DNA of 64,000 nucleotides, taken from assembly GCA_965644295.1 (NCBI GenBank), contig CBFFRP010000408.1:200983-264982 (forward strand), written 5' to 3'. The notes under the pieces are model-generated. The model ran no database searches. It was not told the origin of the DNA and saw nothing but the letters and a program-made list of their open reading frames with translations. Each line of letters opens with the position of its first letter. The first letter of the stretch is position 1. The translations under genes and the position numbers were made by a program. Shown here piece after piece: positions 14,750-26,672 of the stretch. This stretch comes from Paraphysomonas bandaiensis (lineage: Eukaryota; Protista; Chrysophyceae).

Positions 14750-15005
14750 ATGGCAGTGAGAGTCTAGTTGTTAGATTGATGGTAGAGGGCAGCGAAAGCG
14801 AGCACGACTTAACCAGAAACTCGTTACCGCAGCATGAAGCACTTAGATAATATCATAATCAATAAGGTTGAAAGGTTGTTCAGTAGAGCTAAGATTGTTG
14901 TGACTGATTTGCATTTAGAATTACTTATGCTATTACGCATGAACCGTCGCCTCTGGAATGAAATGAATGTTGAAGTAGCAATATTGGCCTACTGGCAGGT
15001 AATGT
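14750..15005 (+). mobile_element. Degenerate hAT-like transposase C-terminal (dimerisation) fragment, copy 1
   Basis: Translates to RYRSMKHL...NKVERLFSRAKIVVTDL..LELLMLLRMNRRLWNE (hAT-type ERLFS...L..N..LW motif). Homologous DNA at 43880-44045 and 44990-45230. Confidence 0.65.
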
Positions 15006-16119
15006 AGTTTAGTACTAAATAATTGCAATAATTATAATTGAAATTATTACTTGCTGTCTCAGTGTGTTCTGCAACGTAATTGATATAAAAAACTTATAAA
15101 CTACGAACTATACAAACACGAATGTAGAGGTGTGTTTTACTATTTAACACCATCAAAATGATTGCAACATCTCGTTGCTTCGTAACACCATTTTGATGAA
15201 GCTATTATTTCGCCACGAAACCAGATACATGTCAAATACTTTTCACGACAGGTAATAAAGTCACTTCTAATGTTTCCAGTCACTCTCCAGGCAGCAATAT
15301 AACTATCACAGACAAGAACACAGCATTGAGAGAATAAACAGTTTACGTCAGATGCTAGACGTTGACGCAGATATGTCTTCAACATTGACAAAACCTGAAT
15401 TACAAGTCCACGATTACTATTCGTATATCTACTCACCTCTCTAAAACAAGTGGATTCGTATATATTTCATTCGCATCTCTTATGCTACCCAGGTATATAT
15501 GTCAGTGAAATGTGATATTAAGCCCATGCAGTAACACACGTAAGCTACTTAATCCTATAAGGATTGAATAGTTTTCATTCTTCATAGAGGTAGTGGTAGA
15601 GACAGTTATGAGACAGAGTGAAGAGAGATATCGCAGTTGAAGTTCAGTTATAAATAGAGAGAGCGCTCCGTATAGCCATCGCTGTATAAGGAATGTATGC
15701 AGTTTCAAGCACACTGAGGCATGAAATGATACCATCCACTCAACTAGAATTGCAGTGAACACGATCAGTGCTTGCTAGCATCTCCCTAATCGATATCTAC
15801 ATGACTCCAGAGGCTTCAAGGACTCCACCACCCCTCGTACACTTCTACAGTTGATTTTGATGCTGATTTTGGACGAATTGCGATGAAAAACACAAAGCAG
15901 ACCGTAAAGTTACGACTAAAAGATGAGGAGCGAGAGGACGATGCCGCTTCTGGAGCATGCAGCTCATGAGGCTGAGAGCCCCCTCAACGAGAATGTACGA
16001 TGAGTAGTAGAGTCAATGAAGCCTTTGGATGAGAGTAACGATCCATTTTCGATCCACTGACAAACATATTGGGCTGATCAGTGATCATAATGAACTCATG
16101 CGCTGGTCTGAAGATACTA

Positions 16120-16260
16120 GCCGGCTTTAAACGCCAACCAACCGGCTTCTCAACCGCCGGCCGACCTCAACTGGCTTTTCAACCGGCTTCTCAACCGGCC
16201 GGCTTTTATTTAGTCGAACCTCAAGCCGAAAACACCGGCTTCGGCTTCATAAATACAATG
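16120..16260. repeat. Array of CAACCGGCTT-like short repeats, probable DNA-transposon subterminal region
   Basis: At least five imperfect (CAA)CCGGCTT units within about 130 bp, GC-rich in an AT-rich context. Confidence 0.5.
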
Positions 16261-16570
16261 TATACCTCCTGTATTCCCAAGATGTGAGTAGTGGTGTACC
16301 CCTGTAGTCCTGTTGTAGTCCTGCTGTAGTCGTGTTGTATACAAGCCAGTCACATGAGATCAGGCAGTATTTTCAACGGTCACATTCAGCGTATGTATGT
16401 ATGTATATGCACACAGATCCTGCCTGCCTGCCTGTGAAGGACCTGCCGGAGCCTGTCAAGACAGAAGCAACAACCCCCTTCACACCTTCTTCCAGAACCC
16501 ATTACAGTACTTATATTCTCCCATTCTCAGCAAGTGAGTGCAAGGCGATCCGCTCCTCTGATAGCATCCG

Positions 16571-17960
16571 ATGAACGACATGAGCGAATCAGACAAAATG
16601 TTTAACTGCAAACTCACAATACAAAAACTTGAGGTAAGATCTCGACATGGTGATCCTGTCTGTGTGAGTGTGTGTATGCTGCAGGAAGAGTTGGCACTAT
16701 ACAGAAACGGCACCAGCGGCGAAGATCTGATCGAAGTGATTAACGAGAAGGACTGCGAGCTGAATGAGCTCAGAAGAAATCTCAGTGAAGTGACAGAAGG
16801 GTACACTAAAGTTGGCACTGCATTGAAAGGGTTACTTCCTGAGTTTGATGCTTTGAAGAAAGAAAAGGCCGAGTTAACTCAAATGGTCGAATTGAAATGT
16901 GGTGAACTAGTGGAGAGAGATAGCACGATATCTCAACTTCGATCTGACGTGGAGTCATTAACAAGTCAGGTTTCTTCACTTGATGCTGATCTCAGTACCA
17001 GAAATGAAGAAAACAAATATCTGATGGCAGATGTTGAGAAATTACAAATGAGGTGTTCTGTCCTTGTCAATGAGAGCAGAGAGAAAACACAATTTCTTAA
17101 TTCTGAAAAGAGTCTAAGAGCAAAAGAAGTTAAAGAGATGCGGGTAAAATACTTTAATGTCTAGAACTACACTTTTGATTTGAATATTCGCAGGATGAGC
17201 TAGATCGTGCGATGCGGTGCAATACTGAGCTGAAAGTTCTTAGCAGCGATCTAAACGAAGAAATTGAGACCAAAGATGCAGAATTGATGTCTGCGAAGAG
17301 TGAAATAACTTCCTTGAAATCAGAAATTAATCGAATTCAGAATGAGTACACTGCACTACAACAGAAATTGAAAGGTGTTTCGACCGAACTATCCGCTGCA
17401 CAAAGTCAAGTTTGTGACAAAACTCGGGAGGCCGACGATTTGAGGATGGTGTACTCGCAACGCATTGAGGAAAGAAACAAAAGAGAACGAGAGTTACAAC
17501 AGGTTATTGTCACTCGTGAAGACAGTATTCGAGAGGTATATAGATCAAAGTGTGCGTTTATGGTGTCTCATTTATGATGTAGTTGACACACGATTTGGAT
17601 TGTGCCAAAAGGGCACTACAAGATGCTAATCGTGACTCTCGTGTAGCAATGGAAGACCGCGAGCGCTATTGGAAAGCTGAGGTAAACAGGCTTGAAAAAC
17701 TTGCGGAAACAAATGCTACCCGACTGCAAAAGCTGGAGGTTGAAAGAGAAAAGTACCTTTCCGACAAGAGAGATTTTGACATTCTCAAGGCGAAGTATAG
17801 CAATCTCGAAGACAAAATAAAACGACAAGAAGCCTATATGAAGAACAGATTGTTACGTGATCGGTCAAACACCTTACATGCTCCAGACGCTGTACTCAAG
17901 CCATCTATGCAAAATAAAACACAGAGGAACTCAACTGTGTACCGCACAGAGGAGCTGTAG
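16571..17960 (+). CDS. Uncharacterised long coiled-coil protein
   Basis: Three consecutive ORFs joined by GT-AG introns (16634-16684, about 17143-17193, about 17536-17582); heptad-rich throughout. Confidence 0.7.
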
Positions 17961-18172
17961 ATACTGTGTGCTATGAGTTGTTATTTTTAGCACCACGCAC
18001 GTTACAAAATGTTACAAGTTCTAATAATTTATTGATTTTCGTAACCACTTACGTATACGATAGGGGTAGTATTCGGGGTATTTTATATTATGCCGCGTCA
18101 AATATTTCACTGTGTGAAGGAATAGTTATTGTATATATATGCAAGCTTCTAACTTATTATATATTATTCAAG

Positions 18173-18533
18173 TGACATCAATAAGTGTCACTTGTGTAGA
18201 CGTCTTTAGGCCCTGACGAATAAACAGGCATCCGGGAATGGGCTCACCTCAAAAGCATCCAGGACAGGGCCCACCTGAAGGGTAACCGGGGTATTGGGCT
18301 GCCTGCTGAAGTCAAGCATCCGGGATGTTCACCTTAAGAACTCAGAGCGGAAGTGGTCGTACCTTAGTGCTTGCGGCGACGCACAAACAACTTCCGTAGC
18401 GTTAAATAGTAGGAAAAAATAAGTGTTTACTGATTAGCTGATTAGTTACAGGTAGAGGTTAGTTTGTCTAGCATTCATTTAGCTACTACGTTGGTGCAGG
18501 TTTTTAACGCCTCTTGCTAATAATAAGACATTC
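18173..18533 (-). repeat. Unclassified interspersed repeat family R1, inverted copy
   Basis: Reverse complement aligns closely with 25870-26190 (e.g. CCGGATGCTTGACTTCAGCAGG, CCCGGATGCCTGTTTATTCGTCAGGGCCTAAAGACGTCTACACAAG). Confidence 0.85.
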
Positions 18534-19577
18534 AATATATGAAGAATATTTCCTCATTTTTGTGAAGAAGCTAGCATACATTAATATTAAAAACTATTGC
18601 TCTTTCTTTTCTTAATTTAGGAACGACAGCCATTTTAAGCAATGTGCAAATAAAATACGGTAGCAAACGAACTACTGTATGTATGAGCATTTTCTCATTG
18701 TTATTTTGGTGTAATCACTTCTCAGCAAAGATTGATGCTTCGAAACCAAAATATTGATGGCATATTCGAAACCACGTACAGATAGATATTTAACAGAAAA
18801 ACAAAGATAATTCACAGACGTTACATATGTATATGAAACCTATCAGAAAAACTATACGTCGAAAGTACAAACCCTAACCCTAAGTTAGTTGATGTTAGTT
18901 TTTTAAGACAAGGTAATAACTTTCCAGTAATATTCTTTGGGGTATTGTTGCGAAGCCTTAGTTATGAAGATTGACCACTTACACTGACATCACAACGCTT
19001 TTTTTCACCAAAAGGATAGAATATAACTTGGTGTGTTTGAGGATTTGGTTTTAAAAAGTTGAGTCATCATTGTGATTTCCCTAAATGTGTATGTAATGAA
19101 ATCACATTCAACTGACTGTCAATATCATAATTAAGATGTAGAAGAAAGACAGTTGTTTATGCTTGAAGTTTGAACCGAATATTGAAGTTGTATATCAATA
19201 ATTTCCCGGTCCTACTACGAGCGTTCTGTTGAACACTATTCAGGTCAAAAACATTTTTTAGACGTAATGGGGATAAAGAGTTAATTTAGTAGACCTGATA
19301 AACTTAACGCCTTCCTACGACATATTTTGAGTTATCAGATTGGTAGCTCTGTGTCACGACTACAAAGGCTCGGACTTCCCTGCAACGTGATATGCTGATG
19401 AACTATGCAGTCGTGATACTCTACGATCACTCGTAAATAGTAAAAGGGGGCTAGCAAACAAATAATGGAAGCCGCATATTCGTGAATCCGCAGAGTACGA
19501 ATATTCTTATTAGAACATTTACATAAAATATTTTCTCAATATAGTATATTAGTTGAAACGAAAACAAAAGCATTTAC

Positions 19578-22500
19578 TTAGCACTCTGTCCTGAGAGCTT
19601 CCTGTTGTTCCAGCGACAACATTGCAAACGCTTGATGTAAAATATCATTTGGCAACAATCCGTTGTGCATTTGTTGAACAATGCATTTCATGCGTTGCTG
19701 AGTAGTCGGATGTGCAAGCGGAATTTCTTTGAGGGATGTAAACACTTCTGCGAAGACACGTAAGATCTCGGACAAATTTTGATAATTGCATCCAAGTAAT
19801 GTCTGGTCACCGGCCTCAAAAACATCACAAAGCTGTGCGCTAGCCATTTTAGCTTCACTTTCATCAGCGCGAAAAGGCAAGGCTTTTATCCAAATAGAAG
19901 CCACATGACTCGGTTCGACCCCCCCCCAGTTTAGGTTGCGTAGAGAAGGATTAGTGTAGGCAATTCCTAATGCAAACAGAGCGTTCTCCGTTATTCCTTG
20001 GTTGGATTCATCAGAAGCGTCTGGACCAAGAGCAAGTTCAACAAGGGCAGGTATAACATGCTGAAGGTGAGAGGCACAGACATCTGGGGCAAATCTGATG
20101 GCTTGTGCAATACCATATGCAGAACTCTGTCTTAAAACTGGATGCATAGACTTCAAATTATTCGCAAATATCTCTAAACACTGGGGGATATACTTATGAG
20201 AATCCTTGCCGCCAAACTCAATCATATCATCTAGCATGCACACAGCCACAACTTGTAAAGCTTCTGGATGAGTCGGCGACAAATACGGCGTAAAATTCGG
20301 AGCTATATCACGGTCAAACAGTGGCATGAGAGCTTCGCCATACAGTTTAAGCAATTGCCCCATAGCATCAACCAGTGTTGATAGAAGATCTTCCTCTTCT
20401 TCAAGCTCTGCAGCATAAGCTTCCTCATCCTCCGGGTCCAGTCCTTCATTTCGTTTTATCGACTGTTCTTTCTCAGAACGCCGCACTACACTCTCCTGGC
20501 AGCGAACAAGCATGTCGCGAACAGACGTACAACAAAAATCGAATTCTGGACGGCAAACAAACTGAACCCGCGAACCATCTGGCATTTCTTCGCCTGATTC
20601 AAAGCAGGCCTGTAATATATCACGAAGAGACTCTACAGCACAAGAACGCGCCACAGAATTCACTTCACCCTTTATTGCCCCCAACAGTGTCGACACGCAA
20701 GAATTCATGATATTCTGCATTGTATCACGTGTTAGGCACCCTCGAGTACACGAATCCAGGGCAGCCTCAAATAGCTTACTCAGGGCCAATGAGGCAGAAG
20801 AACGAACATCAGAGGAATGCCTATCTGTAACCATCACGATGGTGGCACTTATGCAATCCCCGATATACTCTTTCAAATCGCCTTTCAAATTATTCGCATA
20901 TTCATACATCATACGCCCACACTGCAAAAAATATCATTACAAGTACGATAAACAGTGTCCCTTACTTGATTCTTCTGTTGCACTGCGTGGATATTTAACG
21001 TCACTCGCTTCCTCACACCTGCTCCGAGAGATATAACTGCAGATTCCAAGCCAGTCTCTTCATCATGAATCATCTAAAACCGCAATACGTTACAATGGAA
21101 ATAGTAATAACAATGAACGAACTACCTCTCCTTCAGTCTCACCATCACCGGCATCTTCCATGGAAAACTGTATCTGTTGGCGTGCACCAGCGAGCAGCGG
21201 CTTCATTACGAATGGTAAAAAAGGCTCAAATCGGTGGCCAAGAGCATGAGATATTCGAGCACATGCGGGAAGGATGTAATCAAATGTCGTATCGTCATCG
21301 CACTCGCCCTAAATATCATAACACTGTAATAGGTAGTAAAACCACAGGAACAACCAACCATCGCTGATAGTAGTATGTGCATCACTTCAAGGGCATCCGA
21401 AGCAAAGACATCATCACTAACTGCCTCTCCGATAAGTCCTACACATTCCATCGCTTTGCCTCTAAGGTCAGACATGTGTACCGCGGTAGCGCCCAGCATA
21501 ATTTCCTTAATTCCCGGCATAAATGAGGCATAATAAGGTGCGAACGCCGGTCCACACATTTGGGCAATGCATCTAAACAAATTACGCATTAGCCATCAAT
21601 ACAAAGCAACAATTATCCGTTACCCGAGCAACGTCAGACACACGGGTTGCACGTGAATCGACGAGTTTTGAAGGCACTGGCAAAGAGTAGATAGTAGGTT
21701 ATCGAGCCTCGGTCCAGTCAGCAGCTGGGTGTCGTCGTCTGTATTATCATCTCTCGTCCGACACATATTGATCAGTGCCGACACAGAGTGTCCCTTCACT
21801 CTCTCGGAGGTATCAGCTGACCCCATTATTGCAACCAAGGTGTCAAAGTACAAATTACCAATATCTGGAATAGCTTCTGGAAAAAGGTCCGCGAATCTCC
21901 CAATGGCTTGTATGGACTGAAACTGCACTCTTGGCGACTTGTCGATAAGGACGCGTGTCAGGAACGCAAGAGCCAGCTGAAGATATTCCTTCTTGAAGAA
22001 AGTTGAACATCCTTCTGCCAAACGAGAAAGAGCTGCTACAGCAGCACGTCTATAGGTTGGTTCACTACTGGAGGCATACTCTTCTACTGCAGCCACAACA
22101 GGAGGTCCGCAAGTTCTTCCGCCCATTCCTGCTGCAGCTCGATGCAGAGCTTCTTCTCCAACAGCAGCGTTGTCGTCAGGTGGTTCCTCTGAATAGACAC
22201 CATTCGCCCATTCCTCTTCCTCTTCTTCCACTTCAAGCATGAGGCTCATTGCTAGAGGAACCAAACCTTTAATAAGACCTGAGCACCTACAAGGAATTAT
22301 AAGTGCCAATAGTAACTATCAGTAAACAACCTACCGACGAGCAAGAGCTGGCGCAGTTTCTGTGATTGTCACCATCAACTCTAGCGCAATCGACCTTGTA
22401 GAAAATTCCAAACCGGAAGATGATGCAACAGTCAACATTGCGGAAACAATATGATCCATAGCACCTTTAAAAAACATTGGTTGAAACTGAGCCACAGATA

Positions 22501-23260
22501 CCATGTATTCCATAATTCCTGTCGCGTCCACCTCATCACCAGAAGATAGCGTTAAACCAAGAATATACAGAATGGACTGAATAGCCGGTTTTAATTCATT
22601 TCGGGCAGAATCGTCGTCGAGATACACAATACACGCCCCAGTAGCTCTGGCAGAGGCAACCTGAATTGATAAAGTCTCAGAAGATAGATGAGAATCGAAG
22701 AAAGTTATCAAAGAGGAAAGGTGGGTTAAAATATCATCAGGACAGTATTCCGCTATAATTTCTATTAAGTTGAGTATCGGAATAGCGGATGCAGATCCTC
22801 CTGAATTGCCGTGAGCGATGACGCAGGGAATCAACTCCATCCAATTCCCATTAGCAGCAGATTGCGCAATCACGTGAGATAATCTCTGCAATATGACATG
22901 ATTATTTTCACAGGTCCACATACGCAGTAGCTCCTGTCGAAGTTGTGTCATAGTGGCATCACTGATAGAGCTGCCTTGGCTGGTTGTCTTATCAACAGCT
23001 CGACGAAGAAGAATCCCAGCCAAGGATCTTATGCACACCGCCTAACCATAAGACACACACGGTAAGGTGAGGTAAGGAACATGCCAGAGAGAAGGAAGGA
23101 CCTGTTGAACATCCCCAACAATAGAAACAAGCGCATAGAGAACTCCTTCAGGGTCTCTCTCTTGCTGAGACATGAAGTAACTCTCTGCATGTCTACGAGC
23201 GTCATTGTCAGGAGACATGAGCACGCCAAGCGTCTCAGAGATAGTTGAAGCCATCGACAT
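19578..23260 (-). CDS. IPO5: Importin-5 / karyopherin beta-3 (Pse1/Kap121 family)
   Basis: Multi-exon HEAT-repeat protein: LMSPDNDARRHAE, RSLAGILLRR, AVGEEALHR..GMGG, LRGKAMECVGLIGEAV, LRQSSAYGI, TENALFALG. Confidence 0.85.
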
Positions 23261-24889
23261 TTCAATTATGTAAAGCACAAGCCTGACGATGACGAGTCGG
23301 TCTGGTTGTTTCGATCTCAGGACACACACTGAGAGACTGCTGAGTGCTGTGCGGTGTATGCCATCATCCATGTTCTTAGACTACAGAGAATGCGGGTTTA
23401 AATATTCGAATTCAAACATTTCAAATGATTTTCCACCTATTTTCAGCATCACAACATAAATGTGGTCATTTTCGGCCCACAGATATCTATATTTCCAGGA
23501 TTTTTTAAGCCTCTTTGCCATACAAAATGTATATGTCGGATTTTTCTTTAGTTTTTTGCAGAATTATCTCGGTTTTCAACTACATTTCCTACTTCATACA
23601 CTTGTCCAATCACCCGCTTGTACTTGCCATAATACTGATGTGATTGGAGGAGAGGAAACGGCTATCTCAACACGCCTCCAAACCATGTAGACGTTAATAC
23701 TTGGCACACATGTAAAGAACTCTTACAAGAATGTTCGGTTAGTATCCTCTTCAATGGCTTCGAATTCCAACCATTAGGGTCCCGTGCGTGCCATATGAGT
23801 ACAAAGTTCTCACAAGATGCAAAAATGGCATCAGAATGAGGTGAACAGCCCCTCAAGTGACTCATACTGTACAGAACTATACTTATGTCACATTCATGGC
23901 ACATGTATATGCAGAACATGCTTTTAACAAGACATCAAATGCAAGCACATGAACACTATGCAATAACCTGCATGGTAATGAGAGTGTGATTGACGACACA
24001 AAGATATATGCATACCTATAGAGGTAATAGAAGTGTGAACATGTATGAGTATGCTTTATTGATTTCGAGTTCTTTCTATCTGCAGCTAGAGAAGGAGCAA
24101 TACCAGTGCAGGGTAAGATATATATGACACAGTATCAATGTGGAGTGTGTAGATCGTATGCTATAATGAATATGAAGTGCCGAGTATATGGTGTAGGTGG
24201 TATATGCATGGTAGTGATACAATGTGAAATGCATGATAAACATGATGACGGTTTAATAGAATACATATAAATCCATGTATGTAATAATAACACACACATA
24301 GCATATCACTAGCGAGAGGTCTCACTCGTTCTGGTGTAGCCCAATCATGGCTAGCAGTCACATAGTAATATATTGGCATCTCTCGTTCTCTGTTCTCTTC
24401 CTTCTTTGCCCCCTCATACATGTCTTTTTCCCTATTCTGGGGGCTTCCTCATGCTTCTTCCTCTAGTCTTTTCTCTACAGTCTTCCTCCCTCAGGTACTT
24501 CTCTACAGTCCTTGATCTGCAGCAGGCTAGATCCGATCTCCTTGTCACCAATTCCACATCTTGGTATCTGTGTTTTTATCTTGCACCGTTGTAGACGTAA
24601 TATCTGGCCACTTTTATTCTAGAACCTTTACCGTCCGTGCTTGATTCAGTAATACGGTTAATCGCTCTAAATATATCTGTCATGACTTCCTCACAGTATA
24701 TTGGTCCCATATTGATGCCCTGGATGCTCTGCCGCCTGCTGTCTTGTCTCAGCCATCCAGTCTACTGTTTCCGCATGAGATTATCCTTTCATTGCAACTT
24801 ATTATTATTAGCAATAGATGTTTAAGAGCCAATGCTTAACTCTGATATCCTACTATTTAGCGCAATGAAGCTGCTTGTGCGTCTCTGTA

Positions 24890-26330
24890 AGCACCAAGGT
24901 GCAACCACTTTCTATCACTCAAAGCAAACGAAGTGAGATTGTTGTTATACCTGACATCTGCTGACTTCAGAATATTCGAGTTCTTAAAGGACTTCAGCAG
25001 GCAGCCCAATAGTCAATATCGCTTGTGAGGTATGTGAGATTCTTTTATAGCTCTCTACATATCTTAATTATGTCGTCAGCGGAGATTGTTGTGACGCACA
25101 TGTCGATCTCCATATAGCCTCACAATGCAGCGAGGACCCTCATCAACAGTGATCCCGCCGATGTCATATAATGGCCCTTAGGAAGCTGTGGAACTGCACC
25201 GGACATGGTCACGAGAAACTGTCCAATTCTCATTGGAATGCGACGTTGTAATGTGATGTATTGCATGTATACAATATCTGCATTCATTAATTGATGCTAG
25301 AGTATGTTCCCATGTTTGAAATTTGTTTTTGAAATATTTATTATTAAATGACTAGGTTTTTACACCAAATTGACTAGATCCAATATAATATATCCCTAAG
25401 ATGAACAGCCTGGATGCTTGACTTCAGCAGGCAGCCCAATACACCATATGCCCTTGAGGTGGGCCCATTCCCTGTTCCCGGATGCCTGTTTATTCGTCAA
25501 GGCCCAAAGACGTCTACATAAGTGTCACTTATTTGTGCCCCCCCTGTACCACACACAAGTATTTGGTTATGAGTGGGCTAAACAATATCTGCTGATTATA
25601 TATGCGGCTTACATTAGTTTCCAAGAGAAATATCTCCCGTACTTATCCACCTGTACACCACGAAAAGGTGCGAGTCCGACTTTGTTGACTCTGTTGTTGT
25701 AGTATTATGGTATCTTGTGTTTTTGACCCTTGAAGTTAGAGAGCTGAATTCAGTAAAGAAGACCCTTTAATAGATTAAAGTTGTTGTATAATTTCTTATC
25801 ATTATAATTTCTTTAATGAATGTCTGATTAGTAGCAATAGGCGTGTAAGTGTCAGAAATAATGTATATATTGGAAGTCTTATAATTAGCAACAGGCGTTA
25901 AAAACCTGCACCAACTTAGTAGCTAGATGAATGCTAGACAAACTAGTTAGACCTCTACCTGTAACTAGTCAGTACACACTTTTTTTATCCTATTATTTAA
26001 CGCTACGAAAGCACCAAGGTGCGACCACTTCCACTCTGAGTTCTTAAGGTGAACATCCCGGATGCTTGACTTCAGCAGGAAGCTCAATACCCCGGTTACT
26101 CTTCAGGTGGGCCCTGTCCCGGATGCCCGTGAGGTGGTCCCATTCCCGGATGCCTGTTTATTCGTCAGGGCCTAAAGACGTCTACACAAGCATTCGGCTA
26201 TGAGTGGGCAGAAGAATATCCGCTGACTATGGTTGCGGCTCACGTTAGTTTCCCAGAGAGAATCCCTCCAGTAATTATCCCTCAGACCTCAGAACACCAC
26301 GAAAAGATGCGAGGCCGACATTGTTGAGGG
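24890..26330 (+). repeat. Cluster of R1 repeat copies (partial about 24890-25035 and about 25395-25700; near-full about 25817-26330)
   Basis: Shared blocks GCACCAAGGTGC(A/G)ACCACTT, GACTTCAGCAGG(C/A)AGC, GGTTATGAGTGGG-like and CACCACGAAAAG(G/A)TGCGAG. Confidence 0.8.
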
Positions 26331-26672
26331 CGAAATAATGTAGCAAAACAATTTAACTAACTCGTTTTGATATTTTGGAATTCAGCATTAAGAAAATGTT
26401 AGGTCTAGTACTATTGACTACTGGCAGTACTAAGCGACATAACAGTGCTGTTCTATCTTCCACAATAATTTCAAAAGTAGTACATAGATGCGATATATAT
26501 ATTTTCCTAGGTAGCAACAAGAACCGTCAGCGACGAACACAGTTAAAATACCCATGAACTAGTTACTTCAAATACTAGTATATATGATATACAACTTCAT
26601 ACTAAATACATAATCACAAGCGCGACCTCCTCAGTGTTACGGAGACAAAAAATGATAACAAATAATGCCACT

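Noticed and set aside
18195-18270. Possible hammerhead ribozyme in R1 (GTC...CTGACGA)
   Set aside because: No stem I between GTC and CTGACGA, and no stem II-GAAA arrangement downstream.
23460-24830. Short ORFs upstream of importin-5
   Set aside because: No coherent reading frame or motif; likely non-coding or heavily decayed TE sequence.
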